Positions 54,934-63,930 of a DNA stretch of 64,000 nucleotides are shown piece by piece. This stretch comes from a virus. Numbering within the stretch: position 1 is the first letter of the stretch; each line of letters opens with the position of its first letter. The notes under the pieces are model-generated. The model was not told the DNA's origin and searched no databases. It was given only the letters and a program-made list of their open reading frames with translations. Where the stretch lies: IMG/VR virus record IMGVR_UViG_3300045988_152178; one strand, 5' to 3'. The position numbers were made by a program, and so were the translations under genes.

Positions 54934-57069
54934 ATGGCAACAGAAGCAAAAAGTACGAACTATTGGATTTCGAGCACCGCACTCTATATCCAGCTCAATG
55001 CGATGGGAGAGCCTGACTACATCCAGTGTAGTGTAGTATCGGGTGCCTCTGTCCTCTGCTATATGAGCAATGTGCCCGGCTTGGGCTATGATGCCGGCCA
55101 CAACTATCAGCGCTGGACGCTTGCTGCCTACCCTTCTATCTTTCCTGATAGCGAACGGAAATATGTGTATATCGCTATTCCTCGACAGCCTACCATGGAT
55201 AACAACCAGGCTACCGTCGTGTTTCCTGGTGAGAAGATAGATATTTATGGTAAGACTATTCCATCTTCCGGAACTGAAGGTGTGCAGATAGGCAACGAGG
55301 CCTACTATTATATCTTTACAGGCGGTATCATATCTGCCGTAAAGACCGATGCCGACAATACCAGAAAGCGAGAATGGGAACAGCATTTTGACTGCGGTAA
55401 ACTGGCTACCGACGAGGCGATAGCCAGCGGCGGTGAAGGCGCATGGTGGCGGTATAATTCCGTATCAGATACCATCACCTTTCTCAAGGAAATTCTGAAG
55501 GCAACCTTTAATGAATTATCGGCGAAGGTGGCACATATTACCAGTCTTTTCTTAGGTGGGCATGAACTGAAGGGCGTTGCTGACAGTAACGACACCCTGG
55601 AAACAAGCAATGATACCGTAGTTACCCCTCAGTATCTCGGTCAGTTTGGCGTAAAGCATTTCCTTGCCAAGGATAAGGATGATGTGGCTGCAGGCTTAAT
55701 CACCTTTCTGAAAGGCTTGCGTTTAGGCAAATCGACTAAATACTACATAGATGGAAACGGAAACGCTATCCTGTCTGATGTGAATGTGAAGCTTTTGAAG
55801 TCGTTCGATTTCAGGGAATCAGAGCAAACGGGCTTTGCAATCAAGCAAAGAAGTGATGGCAAGTATCAGATGTTGCTCACAGACTTCATTGTATGGGGAA
55901 AAGCTGTCTTTAATGAGCTGGAGACAAGGAAGGTTTCTTACGCTGGAGGTAATATTAACCTCTCCGGTGCTGGCAGTAAACTAGTAAAGGTTGTACCAGT
56001 TGTCTATAATAGAGAGGTTGATGAATACATCACATCTACAGACGAAGAGTGCGATGGTTGGAAATGTTACTTCCTCGCAGACGATGGCACAACGGCTACA
56101 CAGAACTGGTGGATGGTCGGCGACCAGGCAAGATGTCAGACCTTTAACATTAAGCCTGGAGTTTACGACAACGTATCTAACAAGGAATACTGGAGGTGTG
56201 TTGTCGCGATTTCTTCCGAGAGCGAGTATATTGTAGATAATAATGGAGAAAGCCTTTATGGCGACAAGAAATTCGACTGGGTTATTCTTTCTAGGACTAA
56301 TTGCTTAGTGAATAGCGATATTCCAGCTTCGGGGGATGCTATTGTCCTCGATGGTCATCAGGTAAAAACGGGAGAAGAGAGCAGTATCAGCAGGACTAAT
56401 GTTCTCATGCTTGAATCAGCCGGTGCAGACACCCCTCGCATCGTTGGATATAAAGGCATTACTGACTTTACTCACAAAGACAAGGAGGTATTCATTATTT
56501 CACCAAGCAATGTGACAATATCATCATCCGTGTTCAAATTCAAGAGTGCGAGCGGACAAGATATTACTATCATTAATGACAGAGGTGCTTATGATGCGGC
56601 GACCGACTATTATTATTATGACAGGGTAAGCTACGATAATGCCTATTGGACTTTTATCTATAACGGAGATAAGCAGCCTGTTAAGGGTATTACTCCTACA
56701 GAGAAAGCGGTTAATGGTACTGTATATTGGCGAAAGGATCTGTCTGGTGGTATCAAAGGCGACGACGGTGTGGCTTATCAGGTGATGATAACGAGCGATA
56801 CTGGCACGGTGATGATTAACGGCTCGGGGAAAATGACGCTCAACGCTACGCTGCTGCGCAATGGCGAAGACATAAGTGACACTATCAGCAACAGTTCGTG
56901 GTCATGGTGGCGACAGTCGGCTGACGCTGAAGACGATGCTGTATGGAACACGCTGCATGAGGGCGTGGGGCGCTCGTGTCTTATCACACGTGACGACGTG
57001 AGCAGACAGGCACAATTCGGATGTCGTGTGTATATATCAGAAGTGAAGACTATAGATAGCAACATATAA
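54934..57069 (+). CDS. tail fibre / receptor-binding-type protein with C-terminal Ig-like module
   Basis: 711 aa with its own promoter. The last approx. 100 aa resemble the modules of 57096..58139 (ends FGCRVYISEV). Confidence 0.6.
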   Translation: MATEAKSTNYWISSTALYIQLNAMGEPDYIQCSVVSGASVLCYMSNVPGLGYDAGHNYQRWTLAAYPSIFPDSERKYVYIAIPRQPTMDNNQATVVFPGEKIDIYGKTIPSSGTEGVQIGNEAYYYIFTGGIISAVKTDADNTRKREWEQHFDCGKLATDEAIASGGEGAWWRYNSVSDTITFLKEILKATFNELSAKVAHITSLFLGGHELKGVADSNDTLETSNDTVVTPQYLGQFGVKHFLAKDKDDVAAGLITFLKGLRLGKSTKYYIDGNGNAILSDVNVKLLKSFDFRESEQTGFAIKQRSDGKYQMLLTDFIVWGKAVFNELETRKVSYAGGNINLSGAGSKLVKVVPVVYNREVDEYITSTDEECDGWKCYFLADDGTTATQNWWMVGDQARCQTFNIKPGVYDNVSNKEYWRCVVAISSESEYIVDNNGESLYGDKKFDWVILSRTNCLVNSDIPASGDAIVLDGHQVKTGEESSISRTNVLMLESAGADTPRIVGYKGITDFTHKDKEVFIISPSNVTISSSVFKFKSASGQDITIINDRGAYDAATDYYYYDRVSYDNAYWTFIYNGDKQPVKGITPTEKAVNGTVYWRKDLSGGIKGDDGVAYQVMITSDTGTVMINGSGKMTLNATLLRNGEDISDTISNSSWSWWRQSADAEDDAVWNTLHEGVGRSCLITRDDVSRQAQFGCRVYISEVKTIDSNI

Positions 57070-57095
57070 CAATATAAAAACAACAAATAACGATT

Positions 57096-58139
57096 ATGGC
57101 AAAAGTATTGGCTAATGGTCAGATTACTATCGTTGACCTCAATGACGGCAAGGCCGTGCAGTGTTTCACACAATGCTCTAAGGGCGAGACTCAGATTTAC
57201 ACCCCCGACACGGGTGTGTACACTCCGAACTACTCGTCGAGTGAGCCAAACGTGATAACAGCCCGCGTATATGTGACGGGCAGTGCTACAGACCAGGCTC
57301 CGACCGCAGCCTGCAGCGGATGGTTGTGGAAGGTAGATGGTGTGGTAGCTACGCCCGTGAGTGGCAAGTCGTATCAGTTGAACCTCGCTAACAACATCGA
57401 CAAGAACGGCAGCGTGAAGAACATTGAGTGGTCGTGTAAATACACCGACCCTGAGACTAAGGCTACGACTACGTGTATTGGCTACAAGACCATTTCGCTG
57501 GCGAAGAGCGGCGGTGCGCTCCAGACGGTGCAGATAGAGACTCCCGACGGCAACACGTTCGACTCGACCAACAACAGCAAGACGCTGCGTGCCGTGGCGA
57601 AGTTCTTCCGTGGCAACGTGCAGGACACTTCTCTGACTTCTATGACTTGGGAGGTGCTGAATATCAGTGCAGGAACCTGGAGCGCTGTGGCATCGGGCAA
57701 CGTGAGCACTTCGGGCGGCGTGAGCACTCTGAATGTGAGTGCCAATGACGTGCTTAACTTCCAGACGTTCCGCTGTACGGTGAAGGACGGTACTGATTTT
57801 GCAAGTGCCATCATCACGTTCTTCGATGCGAGCGACCCGTATGTAGTGGAGGTGTACTCGCTGACGGGCGACAAGATCGTGAACGGTGCCCAGTCGACCG
57901 AGCTTTTCGCTCGTGTGTGGAAGGACGGCAAGGTGGTAGAGGATGGTGCTGCGGTAAAGGCTGACAGCAGCCATGCTTCAAGCTTCACGTACAAGTGGAC
58001 AAAGTACAATGCGAGCGGTGTGGCTACCAACTGGAACGGTACGTCAAGTGCGGTAAACGCTTCGACCAAGCCTTACGTCACGGTGGCTGCCACTGACGTG
58101 AGCGGCAGAGGTACATTTACTTGTGAGGTGTCAAAATAA
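57096..58139 (+). CDS. protein of three tandem Ig-like modules (tail fibre/decoration)
   Basis: Three repeats ending WSCKYTD, FRCTVKDG and FTCEVSK. The N-terminus LANGQITIVDLNDGK is shared with 58186..61395. Confidence 0.6.
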   Translation: MAKVLANGQITIVDLNDGKAVQCFTQCSKGETQIYTPDTGVYTPNYSSSEPNVITARVYVTGSATDQAPTAACSGWLWKVDGVVATPVSGKSYQLNLANNIDKNGSVKNIEWSCKYTDPETKATTTCIGYKTISLAKSGGALQTVQIETPDGNTFDSTNNSKTLRAVAKFFRGNVQDTSLTSMTWEVLNISAGTWSAVASGNVSTSGGVSTLNVSANDVLNFQTFRCTVKDGTDFASAIITFFDASDPYVVEVYSLTGDKIVNGAQSTELFARVWKDGKVVEDGAAVKADSSHASSFTYKWTKYNASGVATNWNGTSSAVNASTKPYVTVAATDVSGRGTFTCEVSK

Positions 58140-58161
58140 GGCACCTCACCCTTATTTTTTT
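58133..58161 (+). terminator. hairpin plus T-run overlapping the stop codon
   Basis: AAAATAAGG / CCTTATTTT 9-bp stem, 8-nt loop, T-run continues. Confidence 0.4.
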
Positions 58162-58185
58162 CTGTAAACTAAAAGATGAAAGTGT

Positions 58186-61100
58186 ATGGCAACATTATTG
58201 GCGAGGGGTCAGATAACGATAGCGGCGATAAAGGACGGTAAGGATGGTGCAGACGGCAAGGATGCCGTTATCTACACCCTTGAGGCGTCCCCGAGCTATA
58301 TCAGGCTTAATTCTGACGGAAGTATCGACTACACGAATGGATATATCGACAAGGGCGATGAATATGAGAGCGACAAATATCTTGTAGTTAGAGGCTATAA
58401 GGTGGTGAAAGGTGTGAGAGACAATCGCTTTTCAACGGAATCGAGTCCAGTTACCTTACGACTCACCATTAATGACGGAAGTGCGTATAGCGAATATACT
58501 CCATCTGACGGCGATTCTGTTTCCATCGACTTCGAGCCTAAGTGCGAGGATAGCTATTACAGCATGTTGCAAGAGATAAGTAATTCGGGGCTAAATTCGG
58601 TAAGAGTTGATATGTGCGAGGGAAGCGAATATAATACAAACAAAATTCTCGCTACCTGTGACATACCTATCATTCGGAACGGTAAGGATGGACAGAAGGG
58701 TGACCAAGGCGACAAGGGAGAAGATGGAGTTGACGGAACTGACGGTAAAGATGCAGTCTCAGTCCTTGTCGAGAACGCTCCGCTTGTCTTTGACACAAAT
58801 GATGATGGAATCGTGTCTCCTGACATAGCAAAGATTGCGAAGGTAAAGATAATGAGGGGAAACAGGAATGTTTCAGACGAGTGCAGCGATGTGTATTCGA
58901 GGGATGATATGTGCGTAAATTGTAAATGTGGTGTTATGCAGGAGAATGGATACATCAGCGTATCTATATCAAGCAACAATATCACAAAGAACGACGTGAT
59001 TGTTGACGGCGTAAGCCAAGGTAAGGTTTCTGCAACATCAGGATATGCGGTTGCGCAGGCTACTTACGGTGGGGTTACTTATTTTGCACAGGTTCCTTTC
59101 TCTGTTAACGTTGCTAAGTTTACTGGTGTCGTAGCATTCGACAATAATGGTTATAAGTCGCAGTTTAAAGAGGTGACAAATAGACTTAATGATACTGCAA
59201 CCAAGGATGATCTGAAAAAGGCTGAGTCGGATTTCAAACAAACGGCAAGAGAAATCTCCCTCACCGTGAGCGAGAAGGCGATGGGCAGACGGAACATGCT
59301 GCCAGGAAGTGCGTTGAGGAGGAAAGTGGGCGAAGGAGTATGTTTTGAAGGAAATGGTTACGTATCGTTATCCGACAATTATCTTGGCACTAACTCATAC
59401 GTGGGCACGTCTAAAGCAAAAGAGACTTCTATTGGATTGCACTGGATAGGCGCTTCGGACTCTCAAAGTGTACGAGTTCAAAAAGGACACACATACACCC
59501 TATCATGTTGGATTAAGGCTGATTCTACATCCATTCCTTTTACGATGGAGGCGGTATGGCAAGCATCGGCATCTGACTACACACGCCCTGCTGGATATGC
59601 TGGACCAGGAAATGATGGTAGTGGTTTTCAAATAAGAGAAAGCGTGAATAAGGTCAACATATGGCAGCTTATAACTACCACGTTTACAATTCCTAGTGAT
59701 GCAAGCTACGAGTATCTAGAGATATACCTTTTCTTCCGTTCTAACGACGATGGTATATATACTGTATCTATGAGCCGTCCGATGATGGAAGAGGGCAACA
59801 AATACAGTGGAATTTGGTCGTTGTCCGAGAAGGATTTTGATTATATCGGGGGAAACTTGCTAGATAATACGGCGACATTTGCGAATGATGACAATGATAA
59901 TGTGAATTTTGTCAATAAGGTAATCGAAAATGGCTACGAAGGAAAGTATAATGTCGCCTACGCAAAGAACGAGAAGAAAGATACACACACAGAAATCGCA
60001 ATGTGGGGAACACAGAGTGGAAATCTCTCGCTTACCTCTGGCACAGATTATGTTTTCTCGTTCCTTGCCAAGGGTACAGGTCGCATCACCTGTTATATGT
60101 TCAAAGACGGCACACCAATTATCTATACAGACAACAAAGAAACGAATGGTAGCTATATATCGAATGGTCATATAGATTTTGCTTTAGAGCCAACATGGAG
60201 GAAATTTTACGTACATTGGAGAGTTGCAGGCTCAAATCTCCCGACCGACGTTTTAATACGTGCAGCTGATATTACCGAGGCATGGATAGCCCAACCTAAG
60301 CTTGAAGTCGGCTGCACCATGACCGACTGGACGGAGAAGCGAACCGACATGGTGGACAGGCAAGCCTTGCTCGCCACAGGCATCGACATCACAAATGGCA
60401 AAATCACCATCACCGCCAACAACACCATCTTCCGCGACAACAATGGCACCACCATCGCCCTCTTCGCTAACGGAAAGATTAACGCCTCACTCATTGACGC
60501 TGACCAAATCGAGGTGAAGCATCTTTGGGCGAAGAGTAATGACGGGGCGAACAAGGTGGGCTACTTTGGCAACACTGAGGAAGAGGCCTGCAAGATTGAC
60601 GATACATACGCTCCGTTGTTCGTTGGAGCCGATACGGCGAAAAACTCTCCGTTCTATGTAACGAATAAAGGTCACATGGTGTCTAAAAGTGCTACGCTTG
60701 GAAGCTTTTCGCTTAACGAATCCAGTCTCCGATACCTCACAGGTTACGATGACGAAGAGCCGGGGTTTGCTCTTTACAACCAATACATGGTATTCCGTGA
60801 GTACAAAAGAACTTTTTCGCCCCAAACAAAAAAGTGGACATCGGAAAGGAACAGGCTAATCTGGGTGGGTCGTAACGATTGGGTTTACTCAGTGCCTTCA
60901 TTGATGAGCAATATACTTGTGCAAGATTCTTTCCCTATGACTACTGGTGATACCGCCAAAATAGGATTGTGTATATCCGTAACAGGATGCGATGACAAAT
61001 ATCAGTATGAGGACGTCAATTATAACGGAGCCATGGGCAGTAATGTGTATGGTAATTTTGCGATATATGCAGAGAATGGAATGTATGCGGGATTCAGACC

Positions 61101-61395
61101 GATGACCAGAATGGCGAATTACAGTATGAAGTTAACGGAATTGGATTGCGTGATATATGTTTCTGTTACGGGCATCACGCTCACCCTCCCTGACAATCCT
61201 CAGAGAGGACAATGCTACAAGTTCATACAAGGTGCTGGAAGTTTTCATATCAAATCATCGAGCAAGAATATATATAGCATGCATGTTGGTCAAACGGACA
61301 ATTTTCCGAGTGACTCATATAACCAGATAACGGAGATTATCTGGATAGGCGACCACTGGAGAATAAATTGGTTTAGGGAATCCGTCGGTAAATAA
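58186..61395 (+). CDS. tail fibre protein with collagen-like repeats and CBM-like domains
   Basis: G-X-Y run GKDGQKGDQGDKGEDGVDGTDGKDA (58681..58752) and GKDGADGKDA near the N-terminus. Two jelly-roll/CBM-like segments (GHTYTLSCWIKA, GTDYVFSFLAKG). 1069 aa. Confidence 0.7.
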   Translation: MATLLARGQITIAAIKDGKDGADGKDAVIYTLEASPSYIRLNSDGSIDYTNGYIDKGDEYESDKYLVVRGYKVVKGVRDNRFSTESSPVTLRLTINDGSAYSEYTPSDGDSVSIDFEPKCEDSYYSMLQEISNSGLNSVRVDMCEGSEYNTNKILATCDIPIIRNGKDGQKGDQGDKGEDGVDGTDGKDAVSVLVENAPLVFDTNDDGIVSPDIAKIAKVKIMRGNRNVSDECSDVYSRDDMCVNCKCGVMQENGYISVSISSNNITKNDVIVDGVSQGKVSATSGYAVAQATYGGVTYFAQVPFSVNVAKFTGVVAFDNNGYKSQFKEVTNRLNDTATKDDLKKAESDFKQTAREISLTVSEKAMGRRNMLPGSALRRKVGEGVCFEGNGYVSLSDNYLGTNSYVGTSKAKETSIGLHWIGASDSQSVRVQKGHTYTLSCWIKADSTSIPFTMEAVWQASASDYTRPAGYAGPGNDGSGFQIRESVNKVNIWQLITTTFTIPSDASYEYLEIYLFFRSNDDGIYTVSMSRPMMEEGNKYSGIWSLSEKDFDYIGGNLLDNTATFANDDNDNVNFVNKVIENGYEGKYNVAYAKNEKKDTHTEIAMWGTQSGNLSLTSGTDYVFSFLAKGTGRITCYMFKDGTPIIYTDNKETNGSYISNGHIDFALEPTWRKFYVHWRVAGSNLPTDVLIRAADITEAWIAQPKLEVGCTMTDWTEKRTDMVDRQALLATGIDITNGKITITANNTIFRDNNGTTIALFANGKINASLIDADQIEVKHLWAKSNDGANKVGYFGNTEEEACKIDDTYAPLFVGADTAKNSPFYVTNKGHMVSKSATLGSFSLNESSLRYLTGYDDEEPGFALYNQYMVFREYKRTFSPQTKKWTSERNRLIWVGRNDWVYSVPSLMSNILVQDSFPMTTGDTAKIGLCISVTGCDDKYQYEDVNYNGAMGSNVYGNFAIYAENGMYAGFRPMTRMANYSMKLTELDCVIYVSVTGITLTLPDNPQRGQCYKFIQGAGSFHIKSSSKNIYSMHVGQTDNFPSDSYNQITEIIWIGDHWRINWFRESVGK

Positions 61396-61420
61396 CGTTT
61401 TTAAAAATATATAATAGATT

Positions 61421-61705
61421 ATGAAACTGCAATTAGACAACGTAATGGTGCGCCTCTCCTTGGATAGCGAGCAGCGCACGCAGATGGAACTGAGAAAGGA
61501 AATCGCCAACGCCATCTACAAGACTGGCAGAAGGGGCTTGGCGGACGTGGCACTCTCCACGAAGATGTGGAACGGCAGCAATGATACCGACTACACCGAT
61601 GAGGAGGTATCCGCCATCAAGGAGTTCGTGGAGAAGAACTTCATCCCTGCCGTCATCGTGGCGGTGAATGAAGTAATAGAAAAAGCCACGATACCCCAAA
61701 GTTGA
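61421..61705 (+). CDS. small protein downstream of the fibre gene (possible fibre accessory factor)
   Basis: 94-aa ORF. The C-terminal half is weakly similar to 61951..62277. Confidence 0.55.
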   Translation: MKLQLDNVMVRLSLDSEQRTQMELRKEIANAIYKTGRRGLADVALSTKMWNGSNDTDYTDEEVSAIKEFVEKNFIPAVIVAVNEVIEKATIPQS

Positions 61706-61770
61706 AATATCTAGTAAGTAATTTGGTAGCCACCACTCAATGTAAGGGGGGTATAAAACTCCCCCATAGA

Positions 61771-61784
61771 GTAAAAGTAAAAAG
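61771..61784 (+). repeat. A-rich motif preceding terminator hairpin
   Basis: GTAAAAGTAAAAAG. Confidence 0.5.
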
Positions 61785-61831
61785 AAAGCGATTATAATGC
61801 AATTCCAAAGCCATTATAACCGCTTTCTTTT
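61783..61831 (+). terminator. strong hairpin terminator
   Basis: 17-bp stem AGAAAGCGATTATAATG / CATTATAACCGCTTTCT (1 mismatch), 12-nt loop, then TTT. Confidence 0.65.
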
Positions 61832-61841
61832 ATCCCTAGAG

Positions 61842-61937
61842 GGAACTAAAAACATATACGTTTCGTTTTGCAAAAATCAGACAACAGAATTAATATATGG
61901 TAGTAATTGGAATGTAAATTGGTTTAGAGAATCATGA
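61842..61937 (+). pseudogene. relic of an alternative tail-fibre C-terminal tip
   Basis: Translates GTKNIYVSFCKNQTTELIYGSNWNVNWFRES*, aligning with the fibre C-terminus KNIY...YNQITEIIWIGDHWRINWFRESVGK*. No start codon or upstream ORF. Confidence 0.6.
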
Positions 61938-61950
61938 AAGCAAAATAAAT

Positions 61951-62277
61951 ATGAAAAAGAATTTCAATGTACCTTTCAAGAACTGGAAGGGTGAGGTGAT
62001 AGTAACACCAGTAAAGAACGAGAATGGAGAGGAACCCTACAAGCCACAGATTATGGGCGATATTGTAGGCAAGGTACTCTTCGAGGTGATAGACAATCAG
62101 AGTATTCAGCTATCGGGCGAAGAAAAGCTGCGTGCTTATCGGGTAGCTTGCAAGATAGGAAAGGATGCCGATAACGTGGACCTTGAAGCTGAGGACATTA
62201 TCCTTATCAAGAAGATACTCTGCCCTGTCATGGCTGTAGGTGGTTATGGTCAGATAGTCGATTTGCTTGAAGGGTAA
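61951..62277 (+). CDS. small protein, probable paralog of 61421..61705
   Basis: 108-aa ORF. DLEAEDIILIKKILCPVMAVGGYGQIVDLLEG compared with DYTDEEVSAIKEFVEKNFIPAVIVAVNEVIEK. Confidence 0.55.
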   Translation: MKKNFNVPFKNWKGEVIVTPVKNENGEEPYKPQIMGDIVGKVLFEVIDNQSIQLSGEEKLRAYRVACKIGKDADNVDLEAEDIILIKKILCPVMAVGGYGQIVDLLEG

Positions 62278-62283
62278 TCTCTT

Positions 62284-62304
62284 AAAGGTAAAAAGGTAAA
62301 AAAA
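62284..62304 (+). repeat. A-rich motif after the 62277 stop
   Basis: AAAGGTAAAAAGGTAAAAAAA running into the hairpin. Confidence 0.7.
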
Positions 62305-62334
62305 GCCCTGCTATCCATCGCGGACGGCAGGGCT
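62298..62334 (-). terminator. hairpin terminator, canonical on the minus strand
   Basis: Stem AGCCCTGC / GCAGGGCT. On the minus strand a T run follows the stem directly. On the plus strand the T6 run is offset by 6 nt. Confidence 0.55.
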
Positions 62335-62404
62335 GCATCGTTTTTTAATACTTTTTTAAAGATTATAACACCGCAACCCTTGCGAGGCAGCGGATTTTCG
62401 GGTG

Positions 62405-62412
62405 CAAAGATA
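62405..62412 (-). promoter_or_regulatory. orphan -7 box on the minus strand
   Basis: The reverse complement reads TATCTTTG. No CDS downstream before terminator 62298..62334. Confidence 0.3.
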
Positions 62413-62535
62413 CGAAGAAAAAACGAGATACGTAGAGAAAATCGGAGAAAAATAGAGAAATCATCTGTAAATCTTCGGTCATATCCGCAAGAATTGTCCA
62501 GTTTTTTCACAGTAAAGCACCCGTCCCGCCAGGCT

Positions 62536-62586
62536 CTTTTACCTTTTTACCTTTAAAAGTTCTTGTTACTCTTTTACCTTTAAAAG
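62536..62586 (-). repeat. A-rich motif, two copies in minus orientation after the lipoprotein stop
   Basis: The reverse complement reads CTTTTAAAGGTAAAAGAG...CTTTTAAAGGTAAAAAGGTAAAAG, 3' of the minus-strand gene ending at 62600. Confidence 0.7.
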
Positions 62587-62599
62587 TCCTTTTCATCAG

Positions 62600-63445
62600 C
62601 TATTGGTATGCTTCATCTCTGTTCTTTCTCCATATAGATGAAAGATACCCGTTTTCGCAGCTATACAGTTTGATGAGCGAACCGTAGAGGTTCATATAAT
62701 AGAATGTAGCCACATGATCCTTTACCAGATAACCATTGATCGTAACCTTTCCGTTCCTGGTGGTATAGGTAGTAGTGAAATCCTCATTACCCTCTATCAC
62801 CATGCGCATGGTGCCGTCCTCATTAAACGTCATGGATCCCATACGCTGTTCCTTCTTTCCGTCCTTGGTAATGGTAATGACGCAATACCAGGTACCCCTC
62901 AGCGCAGCGTCGTGGTCCGTCTCATCGGATATATCATTCAGCGAACTGCCGCATCTCATCTGGCATTCATTGCCGTTGGCGAAGGTACCCACAATCATTG
63001 GGCGCATATCGATGCTCACCGATACCCTGCTACCCGTAAGCTTGTTGCTCTCCTGCAGATGCACGCCCGAGATAGTCTCATTCAGCAGATTGCCGATATT
63101 GAAGCCTTTCGGAGTGCCCACCTCGAAGTGGGTAGTAAGCTTGTCGCCCTCCATCTGCCAGTAACCGAAGGCAGTGTTAGGCTCGATAACATAACCGCCT
63201 GGAGTCAGATCGCCACCATCCTCATAATAAACCATGTGGTTCTTGTAATAAGAATAAGTACTGTTGGTGCTGTTGATGGTCCATTCGTTGCCGGTAAGAT
63301 ATTCTTTCACCTTTGCCGCATTCTTCTCGCTCTCATCCTCGCTGCTGCTGCAAGCCGTGAGCGCTGCCGTAATCATTCCCATGGCCACCATTGTGAAGAC
63401 GGCCATCATGGAATGTTTCATCATAGCTAAAAAGTTCTGTTTCAT
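62600..63445 (-). CDS. lipoprotein, hypothetical
   Basis: Signal peptide with lipobox AALTAC followed by SSSEDE. 281 aa. Confidence 0.7.
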   Translation of the reverse strand: MKQNFLAMMKHSMMAVFTMVAMGMITAALTACSSSEDESEKNAAKVKEYLTGNEWTINSTNSTYSYYKNHMVYYEDGGDLTPGGYVIEPNTAFGYWQMEGDKLTTHFEVGTPKGFNIGNLLNETISGVHLQESNKLTGSRVSVSIDMRPMIVGTFANGNECQMRCGSSLNDISDETDHDAALRGTWYCVITITKDGKKEQRMGSMTFNEDGTMRMVIEGNEDFTTTYTTRNGKVTINGYLVKDHVATFYYMNLYGSLIKLYSCENGYLSSIWRKNRDEAYQ

Positions 63446-63486
63446 TTTTCAATCCTGTTTAAATTGTTATACTTTTTTTTTAGTTA

Positions 63487-63891
63487 TTAATTATCTAATA
63501 GTACCACTCCCACCCTTACTTTCTTGCCGCAGTGAGGGCAGAAGGTGGAAGTCTGAATCATCTGCTGCTGCTGGTTTTCTGATACCAGTCCGTTTTCGTG
63601 AACCGGATAGGCTGGCTCATTTTCTGCTACATCCTCGTTTTCTTTCTTGTCAGCATTCGAGAAAAGATCATCCTTTTCGTTTGTCGGGAAGAACATATCA
63701 CGAGGGTCTATATCCAAAGCCATAGCTATGCGATAGATAGTGTTTGTCGTTAATGACTTGTTGCGGAGGAACTGCGACATTGATTGCGATGACATGCCGC
63801 ATTTCTCAGCGAACGCATTGGTACCCAAACCTAACTTTTGCATCAGTTTGCGAAGATTGATTTCCGATTTTGGCTTAATATTTTCTTTCAT
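63487..63891 (-). CDS. XRE-family HTH transcriptional regulator with C-terminal zinc-ribbon-like CxxC
   Basis: LRKLMQKLGLGTNAFAEKCGMSSQSMSQFLRNKSLTTNTIYRIAMAL is an HTH_3-type helix-turn-helix. FCPHCGKK. Start trimmed to ATG 63891, 40 nt below the -7 box. Confidence 0.75.
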   Translation of the reverse strand: MKENIKPKSEINLRKLMQKLGLGTNAFAEKCGMSSQSMSQFLRNKSLTTNTIYRIAMALDIDPRDMFFPTNEKDDLFSNADKKENEDVAENEPAYPVHENGLVSENQQQQMIQTSTFCPHCGKKVRVGVVLLDN

Positions 63892-63930
63892 AATTTCTTT
63901 ATTTATATATATGTTCTTTAAATTTCGGTG

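Noticed and set aside
56778-57974. 398-aa ORF on the minus strand
   Set aside because: It lies entirely antisense to two well-supported plus-strand genes in a GC-rich block. The sequence is low complexity and Arg/His-rich, as is typical of a shadow ORF. It is used only as evidence of the compositional shift.
61264-61937. Diversity-generating retroelement (TR/VR pair) as the explanation for the duplicated fibre tip
   Set aside because: The two copies differ at all base types and by indels, not specifically at adenines. No reverse transcriptase ORF is present in the window.
62714-63430. 238-aa plus-strand ORF
   Set aside because: It is antisense to the lipoprotein gene, which has a proper signal peptide and lipobox.
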